From contig OY970067.1 of assembly GCA_963705305.1 (NCBI GenBank), forward strand, positions 1,408,001 through 1,472,000: a DNA stretch of 64,000 bases, written 5' to 3'. Below, in pieces: positions 45,373 through 55,167 of the stretch. Within the stretch, counting starts at the first letter, position 1. Every line of letters begins with the position of its first letter. The position numbers and the translations under genes are program-made. Under the pieces are notes generated by a model. The model did not search any database. It had not been told where the DNA came from and saw nothing but the letters and a program-made list of their open reading frames with translations. Source of the DNA: an uncultured Methylomirabilota bacterium (GTDB lineage: Bacteria; Methylomirabilota; Methylomirabilia; Methylomirabilales; 2-02-FULL-66-22).

Positions 45373-45544
45373 GGGGCACAGTCCGCCGCCTATCGCCCGG
45401 GGCCGCAACCGACGCTTGGCAAGGCGCCCGGAGGAGTGGTATTCTCCCGCCGTTTTCCCACCGGGAGGATTGCGGACCCTGTCACCCGAGAGGAACAGGA
45501 TGCCAAAGCAGACTGCCAGATCGCGGGCCGCGACGGGGGAGGCC

Positions 45545-46735
45545 ATGGCGAAGTTGGGACTTTCCACCCGTTCGGTCCATGCGGGCGAGGATCGCCTGCG
45601 CTATGCGGATTCCATCACCACCCCCATTGTGCAAACGTCCACCTACGCCTTCAAGAGCAGCCGGGAGATCGAGGCGTATACCAAGCGTGGGAAGGCCCGC
45701 TACGAGTACGGCCGCTACGGGAATCCCACCGAGGCGGTGGCCGAGCGCCGGCTGGCGGCGCTGGCGGGCGCCGAAGCCTGTCTTCTGTTCGGGTCCGGCA
45801 TGAGCGCCATCACCACGACCATCCTGGCGTTCGTGCGCAGCCGGGATCACATCGTCATCACGGACGATGCCTACAAGAAGACCCTGGAGTTTTGCAGCGC
45901 GTACCTGCAGCGCTTCGGCGTGGACTGCAGCATCGTGCCCTTCGGGGATTACGCGGCCATCGAGGCCGCCATCCGGCCCAGCACGCGCTTCATCTTTTCG
46001 GAGTCTCCCACCAACCCGTACCTCAATATCTTTGACCTGCGAAAGCTGCGCGACATCGCGCGGCGCCATAACGTGATGACCATGATCGACGCCACCTTCA
46101 GCACGCCGTTCAATCAGCGGCCGCTGGAGTGGGGCGTGGATCTCGAGCTGCACAGCTGCACCAAGTACCTGGGCGGGCACAACGACATCCTGGCCGGGGC
46201 GGTCCTGGGGCGGCGGGAGCTGGTCGACGAGATCCGGAAGCTGCACAAGGCCATGGGCGGGGTCATCGACCCGCACTGCTGCTACCTGCTACTGCGGGGC
46301 CTCAAGACGTTCCGGCTGCGCATGGAAGCCCACAACACCACGGCCTTGAACGTGGCGCGCTTCCTGGAAGCCCATCCCCAGGTCGAGCGGGTCTACTATC
46401 CCGGCCTGGCGAGCCACCCCCACCACGCCATCGCCAAGGCCCAGATGTCCGGATTCGGCGGGGTCGTGACGTTTTCCATCAAGGGCACGTTGGGGACGGC
46501 CAAGCGCTTCCTGGACGGCCTGGGGCTGTGCTACATCGCCCCCAGCCTGGGCGGGGTGGAGACGCTGATCACGCATCCCGCCACCGTGACCTACTACGAC
46601 TGCACGCGGAAGCAGCGGTACCAGCTGGGCATCACCGACACCCTCATCCGGCTGGCCGTCGGCATCGAGGACTGCGCGGACATCATCGCGGACCTCGACC
46701 AGGCGCTGAAGCAGGCCGCCACGGGCCGCCGATAG
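45545..46735 (+). CDS. metB: Cystathionine gamma-synthase family PLP enzyme
   Basis: YGRYGNPT, SGMSAI, ESPTNP, HSCTKYLGGHND and SLGGVETL. Alternative start at 45500. Confidence 0.85.
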   Translation: MAKLGLSTRSVHAGEDRLRYADSITTPIVQTSTYAFKSSREIEAYTKRGKARYEYGRYGNPTEAVAERRLAALAGAEACLLFGSGMSAITTTILAFVRSRDHIVITDDAYKKTLEFCSAYLQRFGVDCSIVPFGDYAAIEAAIRPSTRFIFSESPTNPYLNIFDLRKLRDIARRHNVMTMIDATFSTPFNQRPLEWGVDLELHSCTKYLGGHNDILAGAVLGRRELVDEIRKLHKAMGGVIDPHCCYLLLRGLKTFRLRMEAHNTTALNVARFLEAHPQVERVYYPGLASHPHHAIAKAQMSGFGGVVTFSIKGTLGTAKRFLDGLGLCYIAPSLGGVETLITHPATVTYYDCTRKQRYQLGITDTLIRLAVGIEDCADIIADLDQALKQAATGRR

Positions 46736-46814
46736 CCCCGTCCGTCTGCCCCCATCCAAGAAAACACGGCGGGTGCGTTCTGCGCACCCGCCGTGGTGTG
46801 TCCGGAGCGGTCGA

Positions 46815-49115
46815 CTAGCGGGCCGCGGCCCGGTGGGTCGCCCCGGCGACCGCCTCCGGGAGGCCCGCCGGTGTCTTGGCATAGCTCCAGCCCGTCCACA
46901 GGCCCAGCATGAAGTAGACCAGCGACACCGTCCCCAGCGTGAACACGCTGTCCCCGATGATGCGCAGCCAGCGCAACGTCTGGAGCGCTGGCAGCTGGAG
47001 GAAGTCCGCACTACGGGCGAACCAGACGCCGTGCTCGACACTGGCCCAAGTCTGGGCCAGGCCGACGGGAAGGAGGCTCAGCAGCACCATCAGGACCAGT
47101 CCGATGTTGGTTCCCCAGAAGGCCAGGGCGATCGGCCACTCGCGCCACTCCCGGGCGCCGGTGAGGAAGCGGGCCACCAGGAGCGTCAGGCCCAGCGAGA
47201 GCAGGCCGTAGACGCCGAACAGCGCCGTGTGGGCGTGCACCGGGGTCGTGTTGAGACCCTGCATGTAGTAGAGGGCAATGGGCGGGTTGATGAGAAAGCC
47301 GAACAGGCCCGCCCCTACCAGATTCCAAAAGGCCACCCCCACGAAGAAGCGGATGGGCCAGCGGTAGCGCTGCATCCAAGGAGCTGCCTGCCGCTGGCGG
47401 CTGGTCTGGTAGGCCTCAAAGCCGATCAGCACCAGCGGGACGACCTCCAGGGCGCTGAAGACGGCCCCGACGGCCATAATGGAGGTGGGCGTGCCGCTGA
47501 AGTAGAGATGATGGAAGGTCCCCGGGACGCCGCCGAAGAGGTACAGCGCGCTGGAGGCGATCACGGCGTTGCCCGCCCGCCGCCTGTCCACCAAGCCCAT
47601 GCGGGAAAACGTGAAGGCCAGCGCCGCGGTGGCGAAGACCTCGAAGAAGCCCTCCACCCACAGGTGCACCACCCACCAGCGCCAGTACTCCATGACCGAC
47701 AGGTGCGTGCGCGCGTCGAAAAAGAATCCCGCGGCGTACATCAGGCCGATGGCGGCGCTGGCCCCCGCGAACATCAGGATCAGCGGCCGGGCCTCGTCCC
47801 GCCGCCGCAGGGCCGGCGCCAGGCCCCGCAGCATGAGCCCCAGCCACAGGACCAGGCCGACGAAGAGGGCGATCTGCCAGGCCCGCCCCAGATCCACGTA
47901 CTCGTACCCCTGGTCCCCGAACCAGAACCCGGCGTTCAGTCCCAGCCGCTGGTGGATGGAGAGGTATTCCCCCGCCAGCGACCCGACCACCACCAGGAGC
48001 AGGGCGCCGAAGAGCAGGTTCACGCCCAGCCGCTGGAAGCGCGGCTCGCGCCCGCCGACCGCCGGCGCCAGGAACAGCCCGGCGGCCAGGAAGGCCGTGG
48101 CGATCCAGAAGACTCCCGTCTGGATGTGCCAGGTGCGGGAGAGGGCGTACGGAATCCAGCGTGCCAGAGGGATGCCGTAGAACGCCTGGCCCTCCACGGT
48201 ATAGTGGGCGGTCAAGATACCCAGGAGGACCTGCACGCCGAAAAGCCCGATGACCGTCGCCAAGTACTTGCCCACCGCGTGCATCGAGGGCGTGAGCTGG
48301 ATACCAGACATGGGGTCGGTCCGGGGCGGCGCGACGGGGAGGTCCGCTTCGTGGCGGAAGGCCGTCCACCACACGACCGCCCCCACCCCCCCCAGCAGCA
48401 GGAAGATGCTCAGGATGGACCAGAGCAGGGTGGCTCCGGTGGGGACATTCCCGATCAGCGGCTCGTGCGGCCAGTTGTTGGTGTAGGTGACGGTCGAGCC
48501 GGGGCGATCCGTGGCGCAGGCCCAGCTGGTCCAGAAGAAGAAGTCGGTGAGCTTGCTTCGCCGGACCGGGTCGGGAACCGTCACGTCCTGCATGGCGTAG
48601 GCCTGGCGCAGCCGGTCCAGGGACGGATCGCCGCCGAACAGGGCGTCATAGTGCCGGGCTGTCCGGGCGATGGCCGCCTGCCGGTCGGCCGAGATGACCA
48701 GCGTGCCGGCGGCCGGATCGTAGGTGTTGGTGCGGAGCTCCGTGCGCAGCCGCTCCGTGAGGGCGGCCTGCCGCTCGGCCGGCAGGGCCTGGAAAGAAGC
48801 GGCGCCTTCGCGCTCGGCCCAGATGGCGAGGAGGGCCTCCGCCTCGCGGTGCAGCCAGTCGGCTGACCAGTCGGGCGCTTGGTAGGCCCCGTGGCCCCAC
48901 ACGGTGCCCAGCTCCTGGCCGCCGGTGGACTGCCAGACTTGCTGCCCGGTGAGGATGTCATCCCGCGTCATGACCGCCGCCCCATCCGCGGCCACCACGC
49001 GCTGGGGTATGGGCGGGGCCTGCCGGTACACCTCCCGGCCGAAGAACCCCAGGATGAAGAAGGCAACGGCGAGGGTGCCCCCCAGAAGCCACCAAGCCTT
49101 TCGCGTCCCGGTCAT
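46815..49115 (-). CDS. norB: Quinol-dependent nitric oxide reductase (qNOR)
   Basis: WGHGAYQAPDW, YTNNWPHEP, HYTVEG, WWVVHLWVEGFFE, GTFHHLY and HAHTALFGVYG. Confidence 0.95.
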   Translation of the reverse strand: MTGTRKAWWLLGGTLAVAFFILGFFGREVYRQAPPIPQRVVAADGAAVMTRDDILTGQQVWQSTGGQELGTVWGHGAYQAPDWSADWLHREAEALLAIWAEREGAASFQALPAERQAALTERLRTELRTNTYDPAAGTLVISADRQAAIARTARHYDALFGGDPSLDRLRQAYAMQDVTVPDPVRRSKLTDFFFWTSWACATDRPGSTVTYTNNWPHEPLIGNVPTGATLLWSILSIFLLLGGVGAVVWWTAFRHEADLPVAPPRTDPMSGIQLTPSMHAVGKYLATVIGLFGVQVLLGILTAHYTVEGQAFYGIPLARWIPYALSRTWHIQTGVFWIATAFLAAGLFLAPAVGGREPRFQRLGVNLLFGALLLVVVGSLAGEYLSIHQRLGLNAGFWFGDQGYEYVDLGRAWQIALFVGLVLWLGLMLRGLAPALRRRDEARPLILMFAGASAAIGLMYAAGFFFDARTHLSVMEYWRWWVVHLWVEGFFEVFATAALAFTFSRMGLVDRRRAGNAVIASSALYLFGGVPGTFHHLYFSGTPTSIMAVGAVFSALEVVPLVLIGFEAYQTSRQRQAAPWMQRYRWPIRFFVGVAFWNLVGAGLFGFLINPPIALYYMQGLNTTPVHAHTALFGVYGLLSLGLTLLVARFLTGAREWREWPIALAFWGTNIGLVLMVLLSLLPVGLAQTWASVEHGVWFARSADFLQLPALQTLRWLRIIGDSVFTLGTVSLVYFMLGLWTGWSYAKTPAGLPEAVAGATHRAAAR

Positions 49116-49127
49116 GAGAACCTCCTG

Positions 49128-49790
49128 TCACTCGTAAAGGGCGCGGGGGAATAGCACGTTGTTCTCGAGGTGGATGTGCTCCATCAGCTCGTCGGAGAGG
49201 CGGCCGAGGCGAAGATACAGGGCCCGCCAGGTTGTGCAAGCCTCGGGCGGCGCGGTGAGGTCGGCGGTCAGTTCCCGCAGCCGCTCCAGCGAGCGGCCAT
49301 GGTCCTCGTGCTCCTGCTCCATGACATGGATGGGGCCGCCCGCCCCCGCTCCGCGGCCGGACCGGATCATGGGGAAGAGCACGAGCTCCTCCTTGGCCAG
49401 GTGGTCGAGGACGGCGGCGTGCATCGCCGCGAGGTGGGCGGCGAGCCCATGGGGACATGTCGATTTCTCGGTGTGGACCTTTTCCACCTTCTCGGCCAGG
49501 GTGATTAGCTCTGGCAGCTCGCTGCGCAGGCGGGCGTGGTAGTGGTCCACGATGAAGCTGATGAGATCGCCCAGCGGGCGGCGGCTCCATGCCGTCACAT
49601 CGTCCGGTGCCGCTTCCTCGGCTGCGATGGCATCCAGGACGGCTTGGGGGTCCAGTCCCTTCTCGGCGCAGGCCTCCGCGAGGGGCCGCCGGCCGTGGCA
49701 GCAAAAATCGAGACCGTGCGAGAGAAAGACGCGGGTGGCTCCAGGATGGGAGACCGCGAGATCAGAGAGTGTGGCGCTTGCATTCGTCAT
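49128..49790 (-). CDS. ric: Iron-sulfur cluster repair di-iron protein (YtfE/RIC)
   Basis: DFCCHG, HYH, HLAKEE, EHEDH and HIHLENN hemerythrin-like motifs. Confidence 0.93.
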   Translation of the reverse strand: MTNASATLSDLAVSHPGATRVFLSHGLDFCCHGRRPLAEACAEKGLDPQAVLDAIAAEEAAPDDVTAWSRRPLGDLISFIVDHYHARLRSELPELITLAEKVEKVHTEKSTCPHGLAAHLAAMHAAVLDHLAKEELVLFPMIRSGRGAGAGGPIHVMEQEHEDHGRSLERLRELTADLTAPPEACTTWRALYLRLGRLSDELMEHIHLENNVLFPRALYE

Positions 49791-49832
49791 GGCTTTTCTC
49801 CTTTTGGGTTGCCTTCCTGTAACCAGAAGTAA

Positions 49833-49848
49833 AGCATGGCAGGTGCCA
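49833..49848 (-). promoter_or_regulatory. Sigma-54 promoter for ric-norB
   Basis: Minus strand reads TGGCAC-CTGCC-ATGCT. AT-rich upstream region lies between it and the divergent norR. Confidence 0.75.
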
Positions 49849-49937
49849 GGATCTAATTTATTGTTTTGACAGCGATTCTCCATTGAGTTATTATTTTTAT
49901 AACCCAAATAGGTTGTCATGAAGTAAACACGTTATTA

Positions 49938-51515
49938 ATGGAACAACATAGTCAGCAGCTGGAAGTCCTCCTTGACATCGCCAGGGATCTCACCGCCTCC
50001 CTGGGGACAGCCGACCGATACGCGCGGCTTCTGGATGCCGTCACCAGGGTGATCCCGTGCGACGCCGCCTGCCTGCTGCGTCTGGAGGGGGACGAGCTCG
50101 TCCCCGTGGCGGCGCGCGGCCTGGTGGAGGCGGCGCTGGACAGGCGGTTTGACCGGCGGCAGCATCCCCGGCTGGATGTCATCCTGCGCTCGGAAGAGCC
50201 GGTGCGCTTCCCGGCGGACAGCCCGCTGGCAGATCCCTTCGATGGCTTCGTTGCCGCCCACCCGCACGCGCTCACCCGGATTCATGCCTGTCTCGGCTGC
50301 CGCCTGACCGAGGGGAGCCAGGTCGTAGGCGCCCTGACCTCGGATGCCCTGGAACCCCGCGCCTTCGATGGCCTGGACCAGCGCATGCTCGCCACGCTGG
50401 GCGCCTTGGCGGGGGCGGCGATGCGGACCACGGCCCTCATCGAGGCGCTGGAGCGGACGGCCGAGCGGCGCGGCCAAGTGGCGCGCGAGCTGCAACGCAG
50501 CGCCGGTCCGTCCGGCGGGGCGCACATCCTGGGCGCCGGAGCGGCTACGCGTCGTCTGCTCGAAGAGATCGAGCTGGTGGCCCGCTCGGATCTGGCGGTC
50601 CTGATCACGGGCGAGACCGGCACCGGGAAAGAGCTGGTGGCCCGGCAGATCCACGAGGCCTCCGCGCGCCGGGAAGAAGCGCTCATCCAGATCAATTGCG
50701 CCGCCCTCCCCGAGTCCATCGCGGAGAGCGAACTCTTCGGCCACGTCGCCGGCGCTTTCACGGGAGCGGTGCGTCCCCGCGCCGGGAAGTTCGAGATCGC
50801 CGACGGGGGCACGCTGTTTTTGGACGAGGTCGGAGAGCTGCCGCTCGTCTTGCAGCCCAAGCTCCTCCGGGCCATCGAGTACGGAGAGATCCAGCGGGTC
50901 GGCTCGGACCGGCCGGTGCGGGTCAATGTGCGGATCCTGGCGGCGACCAACCGTGACCTGCAGGCAGAGGTCGCCGCCGGGCGCTTTCGCGCCGACCTGT
51001 ATCACCGGCTGGCCGTCTATCCCATCCACGTGCCGCCGCTGCGTGATCGGAGGGAAGACATCCCCGTCCTTGCCGCGCAGTTCCTGGACCTCAGCCGGCA
51101 GCGCTTGGGGCTGCCTCCCATCCGCATGACCGACGAGGCCCGCGAGCGCCTGGTCGCGTTCGATTGGCCCGGCAACGTCCGCGAACTCGAGAACGTCATC
51201 AGCCGCGGCGCCCTGCGGGCCGCGCGGGCCCGGGGTGGACGCTCGGCGTCAGTCGTGGTGGGCGCGGAGCACCTGGACCTCGACGCTCCGTTGGGGCCGG
51301 CAAGCCCATCCGCGGCCAGGACAGGGGCCCCAGGTTCCCCGGAGGGGGCCGCGACGGCATCGCTGGCGGATCGGGTGGGCACCTTCCGGCGCCACGAGAT
51401 CATGAGCGCGGTCGAGCGGCACGGCGGCAACTGGGCCGCCGCCGCCCGAGAGCTGGGGCTGCAGCGCAGCAACCTGCATCACCTGGCCCGCCGCCTGGGC
51501 CTCCGGAAATCCTAG
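49938..51515 (+). CDS. norR: NO-responsive sigma-54 activator NorR
   Basis: GAF domain (DPFDG, HACLGC), GETGTGKE, GAFTGA and HTH with NLHHLARRLG. Divergent from ric-norB. Confidence 0.93.
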   Translation: MEQHSQQLEVLLDIARDLTASLGTADRYARLLDAVTRVIPCDAACLLRLEGDELVPVAARGLVEAALDRRFDRRQHPRLDVILRSEEPVRFPADSPLADPFDGFVAAHPHALTRIHACLGCRLTEGSQVVGALTSDALEPRAFDGLDQRMLATLGALAGAAMRTTALIEALERTAERRGQVARELQRSAGPSGGAHILGAGAATRRLLEEIELVARSDLAVLITGETGTGKELVARQIHEASARREEALIQINCAALPESIAESELFGHVAGAFTGAVRPRAGKFEIADGGTLFLDEVGELPLVLQPKLLRAIEYGEIQRVGSDRPVRVNVRILAATNRDLQAEVAAGRFRADLYHRLAVYPIHVPPLRDRREDIPVLAAQFLDLSRQRLGLPPIRMTDEARERLVAFDWPGNVRELENVISRGALRAARARGGRSASVVVGAEHLDLDAPLGPASPSAARTGAPGSPEGAATASLADRVGTFRRHEIMSAVERHGGNWAAAARELGLQRSNLHHLARRLGLRKS

Positions 51516-51743
51516 ACCCGATTCAGCAAAGGTGACCGGGAGCAAGAAACGCAGGGGCGCACCGCTGCGCTCGGGGGCAGGGGAGCAGGGGTGAAGGGGT
51601 CGGCCCCTCCGGTCGGGCTTTATCCTTGACAGGCGCACAGGCGCCGCGACATGCTACGCCACACTTCGCTGCCGGGCAAACGCCTGGGATCCGAGAGTCG
51701 AGACGGTTCCGAGCTTGCGGCGTGTCCAGGAGGAGGGAGCGTC

Positions 51744-52718
51744 ATGCAGATCACGGGTATCATCGGCGGGGCGCGCAAGGTGGTGCGCGTCCTGGCGCGC
51801 GTCAAGGCGGGAGAGAAGGTCCTGATCGTCGCCGACTCCGAGACGGGCCTGGTCGCGGAGGCTCTGGCGACGGCCGCCCTGGATATCACCCCTGAGGTTG
51901 CCACCATCGTCATGACGCCGCGGGAGGTGGACGGCGACGAGCCCCCGGCCCTCGTGGCCGCGGCCATGCAGGCGGCCGACGCGGCCCTGCTTCCGGTGAG
52001 CTACTCGATCAGCCACTCGACCGCCACGCGCAAGGCCCTCGCGGCGGGGGCGCGGGTGCTGTCTCTGCCGGCCGTGACCCCCGACCAGCTGGTCCGGGGC
52101 GGCGCGGAGGCGGATTTCGAGGCTGCCTCTCCCACCGTCCGGAAGATGGGCGAGCTGCTCACGGCCGCCTCCAAAGCGCATCTAACGACCCCCGGGGGAA
52201 CCGACTGTCTCTTCGATCTCAGCGGGCGCAACGGCAACGCCCACGACTGCATCCTGGACCGGCCGGGCAAGTTCTCCGCATTCCCCAACATCGAAGCCAA
52301 TATCTCGCCGGTGGACGGCACGACGGAGGGGCAGATCGTCTTCGACGGCAGCATTCCCAATCTGCGAGTGGGCACGCTCCGCGCCCCCGTGATCTGCACC
52401 GTGAAGCGGGGCAACATCGTGAAGGTCGAGGGCGGCCACGAGGCGGACATGATCCGCAGAGTCTGGGCGGAGCTGGGGGACGCCGCCGTCTATAACATCG
52501 CCCAGCTGGCCATCGGCCTCAATCCGGCCATCCCCATGCTGACCGGGGTTTGGGCGCAGGACCATGGGGCGTTTGGCACCGTGCATATCGGCCTCGGGAC
52601 CAGCGCCAATCTGGGCGGGACGACCAAGGCCGCCTGTCACTTCGACGGCATGATGTACCGTCCCACTTTGACGCTGGACGGCCGGACGGTCCTGGAGGGC
52701 GGGGAACTGCGAGTCTGA
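51744..52718 (+). CDS. M29-like aminopeptidase / NicX-like metalloenzyme
   Basis: DEPP, SISHS, FPNIEANISP, GTVHIGLG and CHFDG. AGGAGG SD. Confidence 0.7.
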   Translation: MQITGIIGGARKVVRVLARVKAGEKVLIVADSETGLVAEALATAALDITPEVATIVMTPREVDGDEPPALVAAAMQAADAALLPVSYSISHSTATRKALAAGARVLSLPAVTPDQLVRGGAEADFEAASPTVRKMGELLTAASKAHLTTPGGTDCLFDLSGRNGNAHDCILDRPGKFSAFPNIEANISPVDGTTEGQIVFDGSIPNLRVGTLRAPVICTVKRGNIVKVEGGHEADMIRRVWAELGDAAVYNIAQLAIGLNPAIPMLTGVWAQDHGAFGTVHIGLGTSANLGGTTKAACHFDGMMYRPTLTLDGRTVLEGGELRV

Positions 52719-52838
52719 GGCTGAGAACGTCTCCCCACGATCACGGCCAGGAACAGGAGAGCGCATGCGGGAGAGCACGCTGAAGCGACTGCCGCATTCG
52801 GGCGGTACCGCCGTCGGCGCGATGGAGGGGAAGACCCC

Positions 52839-53534
52839 GTGATCACCGTTCGAGAATCGGAGCAACGCGGCACTTCCGCTCACGGCTGGCTGGATACCCA
52901 GCACACCTTCTCTTTCGACGAGTACCAGGACCCACGCTTCATGGACTTCCGGAGCCTGCGCGTCATCAACGAACATCGGGCGATGGGCGGGGCCGGCTTC
53001 CCCACTCAGATGCGGCAGAATGTGGAGATCCTCGGCTATGTCGTCTCCGGCAGCCTGCGCCACGCGGACAGCATGGGCCACACGAGCGTCCTGCAAGCGG
53101 GGGATGTCCAGCGCATCTCCGCCGGGACCGGTATTGCCCACAGCGAGGTCAACAACTCCGATACCGAGCCGGTGCATTTTCTGCAGATTTGGATCCAGCC
53201 CAGCCGCCTAGGAGCCCCTCCGCGCTACGACCAGCGGGCTTTCGCCGGGTGCCAGTCGGGCGGGCTGCACCTGGTGGCATCCCCGATGGGGCGGGCCGGC
53301 TCCCTTTCCATCCACCGCGACGCCGAGGTCTCCCTGGCGCGGCTGGCACGCGCGGACCGCCTCAGCATCCCCCTGGCGTCTGGTCGCCACGCCTGGCTGC
53401 AGGTGATCGAGGGGGAGCTGACCCTGAACGGCCGTCGCCTGCGCGCGGGGGACGGCGTGGCTGCCAGCCAGGAAGCCTCGCTGGAGCTCGCGGCCCGGAC
53501 GCCCGTCCACTTCCTCTTCTTTGATCTGGACTGA
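52839..53534 (+). CDS. Pirin family protein (YhhW-like) with altered metal site
   Basis: HGWL..HTFSF, LRVINE, SAGTGIAHSE and FLQIWIQP. Confidence 0.88.
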   Translation: MITVRESEQRGTSAHGWLDTQHTFSFDEYQDPRFMDFRSLRVINEHRAMGGAGFPTQMRQNVEILGYVVSGSLRHADSMGHTSVLQAGDVQRISAGTGIAHSEVNNSDTEPVHFLQIWIQPSRLGAPPRYDQRAFAGCQSGGLHLVASPMGRAGSLSIHRDAEVSLARLARADRLSIPLASGRHAWLQVIEGELTLNGRRLRAGDGVAASQEASLELAARTPVHFLFFDLD

Positions 53535-53589
53535 CGACCCGCATCCCCCCGCAGACCTTTCGCTATAGGACATCCCGCGGCCCACCGAC

Positions 53590-53618
53590 TTGACCGGACC
53601 GGGGTCAAATGGTACAAG
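53590..53618 (+). promoter_or_regulatory. Putative promoter with palindromic operator
   Basis: TTGACC-N7-GGTCAA palindrome overlapping TTGACC-N17-TACAAG. Confidence 0.4.
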
Positions 53619-53687
53619 CGTGGTGACCGCGGCGTGAAGCTGGATTCGGCGATGGAGGACCGAGGGCGGACAGGAGAAACCGGGCTG

Positions 53688-53747
53688 ATGCGGCTGCGAG
53701 GCCGGACGGCATTGATCGCGGGGGCGAGGCGGGGGATCGGGCGCGCC
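53688..53747 (+). pseudogene. N-terminal SDR relic
   Basis: MRLRGRTALIAGARRGIGRA is a Rossmann start. The rest of the gene is missing. Confidence 0.55.
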
Positions 53748-53770
53748 TCGCCGCCGAAAGGAGTGCGGGC

Positions 53771-54133
53771 ATGGGAGTCATCCACAGGAAGCTGGTGGGA
53801 CGGTATGAGTGGGAAGGAGTGGAGACCGTCAGCTATGACAAGCCCACGGTGAAGGGGGTGTCCAAGCGGGTCCTAATCGGCCCCAAGGATGGGGCGCAGG
53901 GCTTTTACATGCGCTACTTCGAGGTGCAGCCCGGCGGCAATTCCGCCTTCGAGCATCATCCGGAAGTCCACGAGGTGTTCGTCGTCCGCGGCCGGGGGCA
54001 GGTGCTGCTGGGGAAGGAGTACCACGACATCGCCCAGGGGGATGTGGTCTATATCGAGCCGAACGAACAGCACGAGCTTCGCGCCGCCCCGGACGAGACA
54101 CTGGGCTTCATCTGCGTGGCCGTGAAGCCGTGA
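53771..54133 (+). CDS. Cupin domain protein
   Basis: MRYFEVQPGG, HHPEVHEVF and IEPNEQH. Confidence 0.88.
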   Translation: MGVIHRKLVGRYEWEGVETVSYDKPTVKGVSKRVLIGPKDGAQGFYMRYFEVQPGGNSAFEHHPEVHEVFVVRGRGQVLLGKEYHDIAQGDVVYIEPNEQHELRAAPDETLGFICVAVKP

Positions 54134-54242
54134 AGGCCGGCCCATGCCGCCGGCGCCGGGAGGGGAAACCTTTCGCGGACGTCCCACCGCAGGGAGGCGA
54201 CCGGGACCTGGCGGACAGCCAGCGGGCGGAGTCGTGGCAGCC

Positions 54243-55115
54243 ATGACCGAGTGCGACATCTTAATGGTCGGGCATTTCGCCAAGGACCGTCTGGTGGTGG
54301 ACGGGGTCGGAGAGAACACCTCAGGGGGGGCGGTCTACTATGGCAGTATCGCCCTGCGCCGGCTGGGGATCCGCGTGGCGATCGTCACGCGATTGCACCG
54401 CGAGGATTTTCCTCGCCTGGAAGAGCTCTCGCGTGAAGGGGTGGAGGTGTTCGCGACGCGCGCCCCGGCCACGACGGGCATCGAGAACATCTACACCTCC
54501 ACCGACATGGAGCGGCGCATCTGCAGGCCGCTTGCCTTCGCCGGCCCGATCCGGCCCGAGGACGTCCCCAACGTCCGGGCCCGGGTCTGTCTTCTGGTGC
54601 CCATCGTCGCCGGCGAAGTGGACTTGCCGCTTCTCAAGCGCATGGCGTCACAGGGGCCGGTGGGGCTGGACGTGCAGGGGTTCGTCCGCGTACCCGAAGG
54701 AGACGCCCTGGTGTTCCGGCCGTGGCCGGAGATGGCCGAGGTCCTCCGCGACGTCACGTACCTGAAGGTGGACAAGGCCGAGGCGGAGCTGCTCACCGGC
54801 GAGACGGATCTTCCAACCGCGGCCAGGGCCCTGTCGGCCTACGGGCCCAAGGAGATCGTTCTCACCCAGTCCTCCGGCGTGACGGTCTACGCGGAGGGCA
54901 GATTGTACCAGGCGCCCTTCACCCCCCGCAGGCTGGCGGGCCGCACCGGCCGGGGCGACACCTGCTTTGCCACGTACGTGGGGAAGCGGCTCGCGGCATC
55001 CCCCCCGGACGCCTGCCGTTGGGCGGGCGCCGTCACCACCCTCAAGCAGGAGCAGCCCGGGCCCTGGCGGGGGAATCAGGCCGACGTCGAGGCCCTGTTG
55101 CGAGAGCGATCCTGA
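54243..55115 (+). CDS. PfkB family carbohydrate kinase
   Basis: GGAVYYG, LDVQGFVR and RTGRGDTC. Confidence 0.85.
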   Translation: MTECDILMVGHFAKDRLVVDGVGENTSGGAVYYGSIALRRLGIRVAIVTRLHREDFPRLEELSREGVEVFATRAPATTGIENIYTSTDMERRICRPLAFAGPIRPEDVPNVRARVCLLVPIVAGEVDLPLLKRMASQGPVGLDVQGFVRVPEGDALVFRPWPEMAEVLRDVTYLKVDKAEAELLTGETDLPTAARALSAYGPKEIVLTQSSGVTVYAEGRLYQAPFTPRRLAGRTGRGDTCFATYVGKRLAASPPDACRWAGAVTTLKQEQPGPWRGNQADVEALLRERS

Positions 55116-55167
55116 TACCGCGAGCGGATCACGCTGCGCCGCTCGCCTTGCGATCGAGGGAAACATC

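Noticed and set aside
46815..49115. Possible nitric oxide dismutase (NOD) rather than qNOR
   Set aside because: Canonical qNOR residues are intact (HYTVEG, HLWVEGFFE, GTFHHLY), so it is called an ordinary qNOR.
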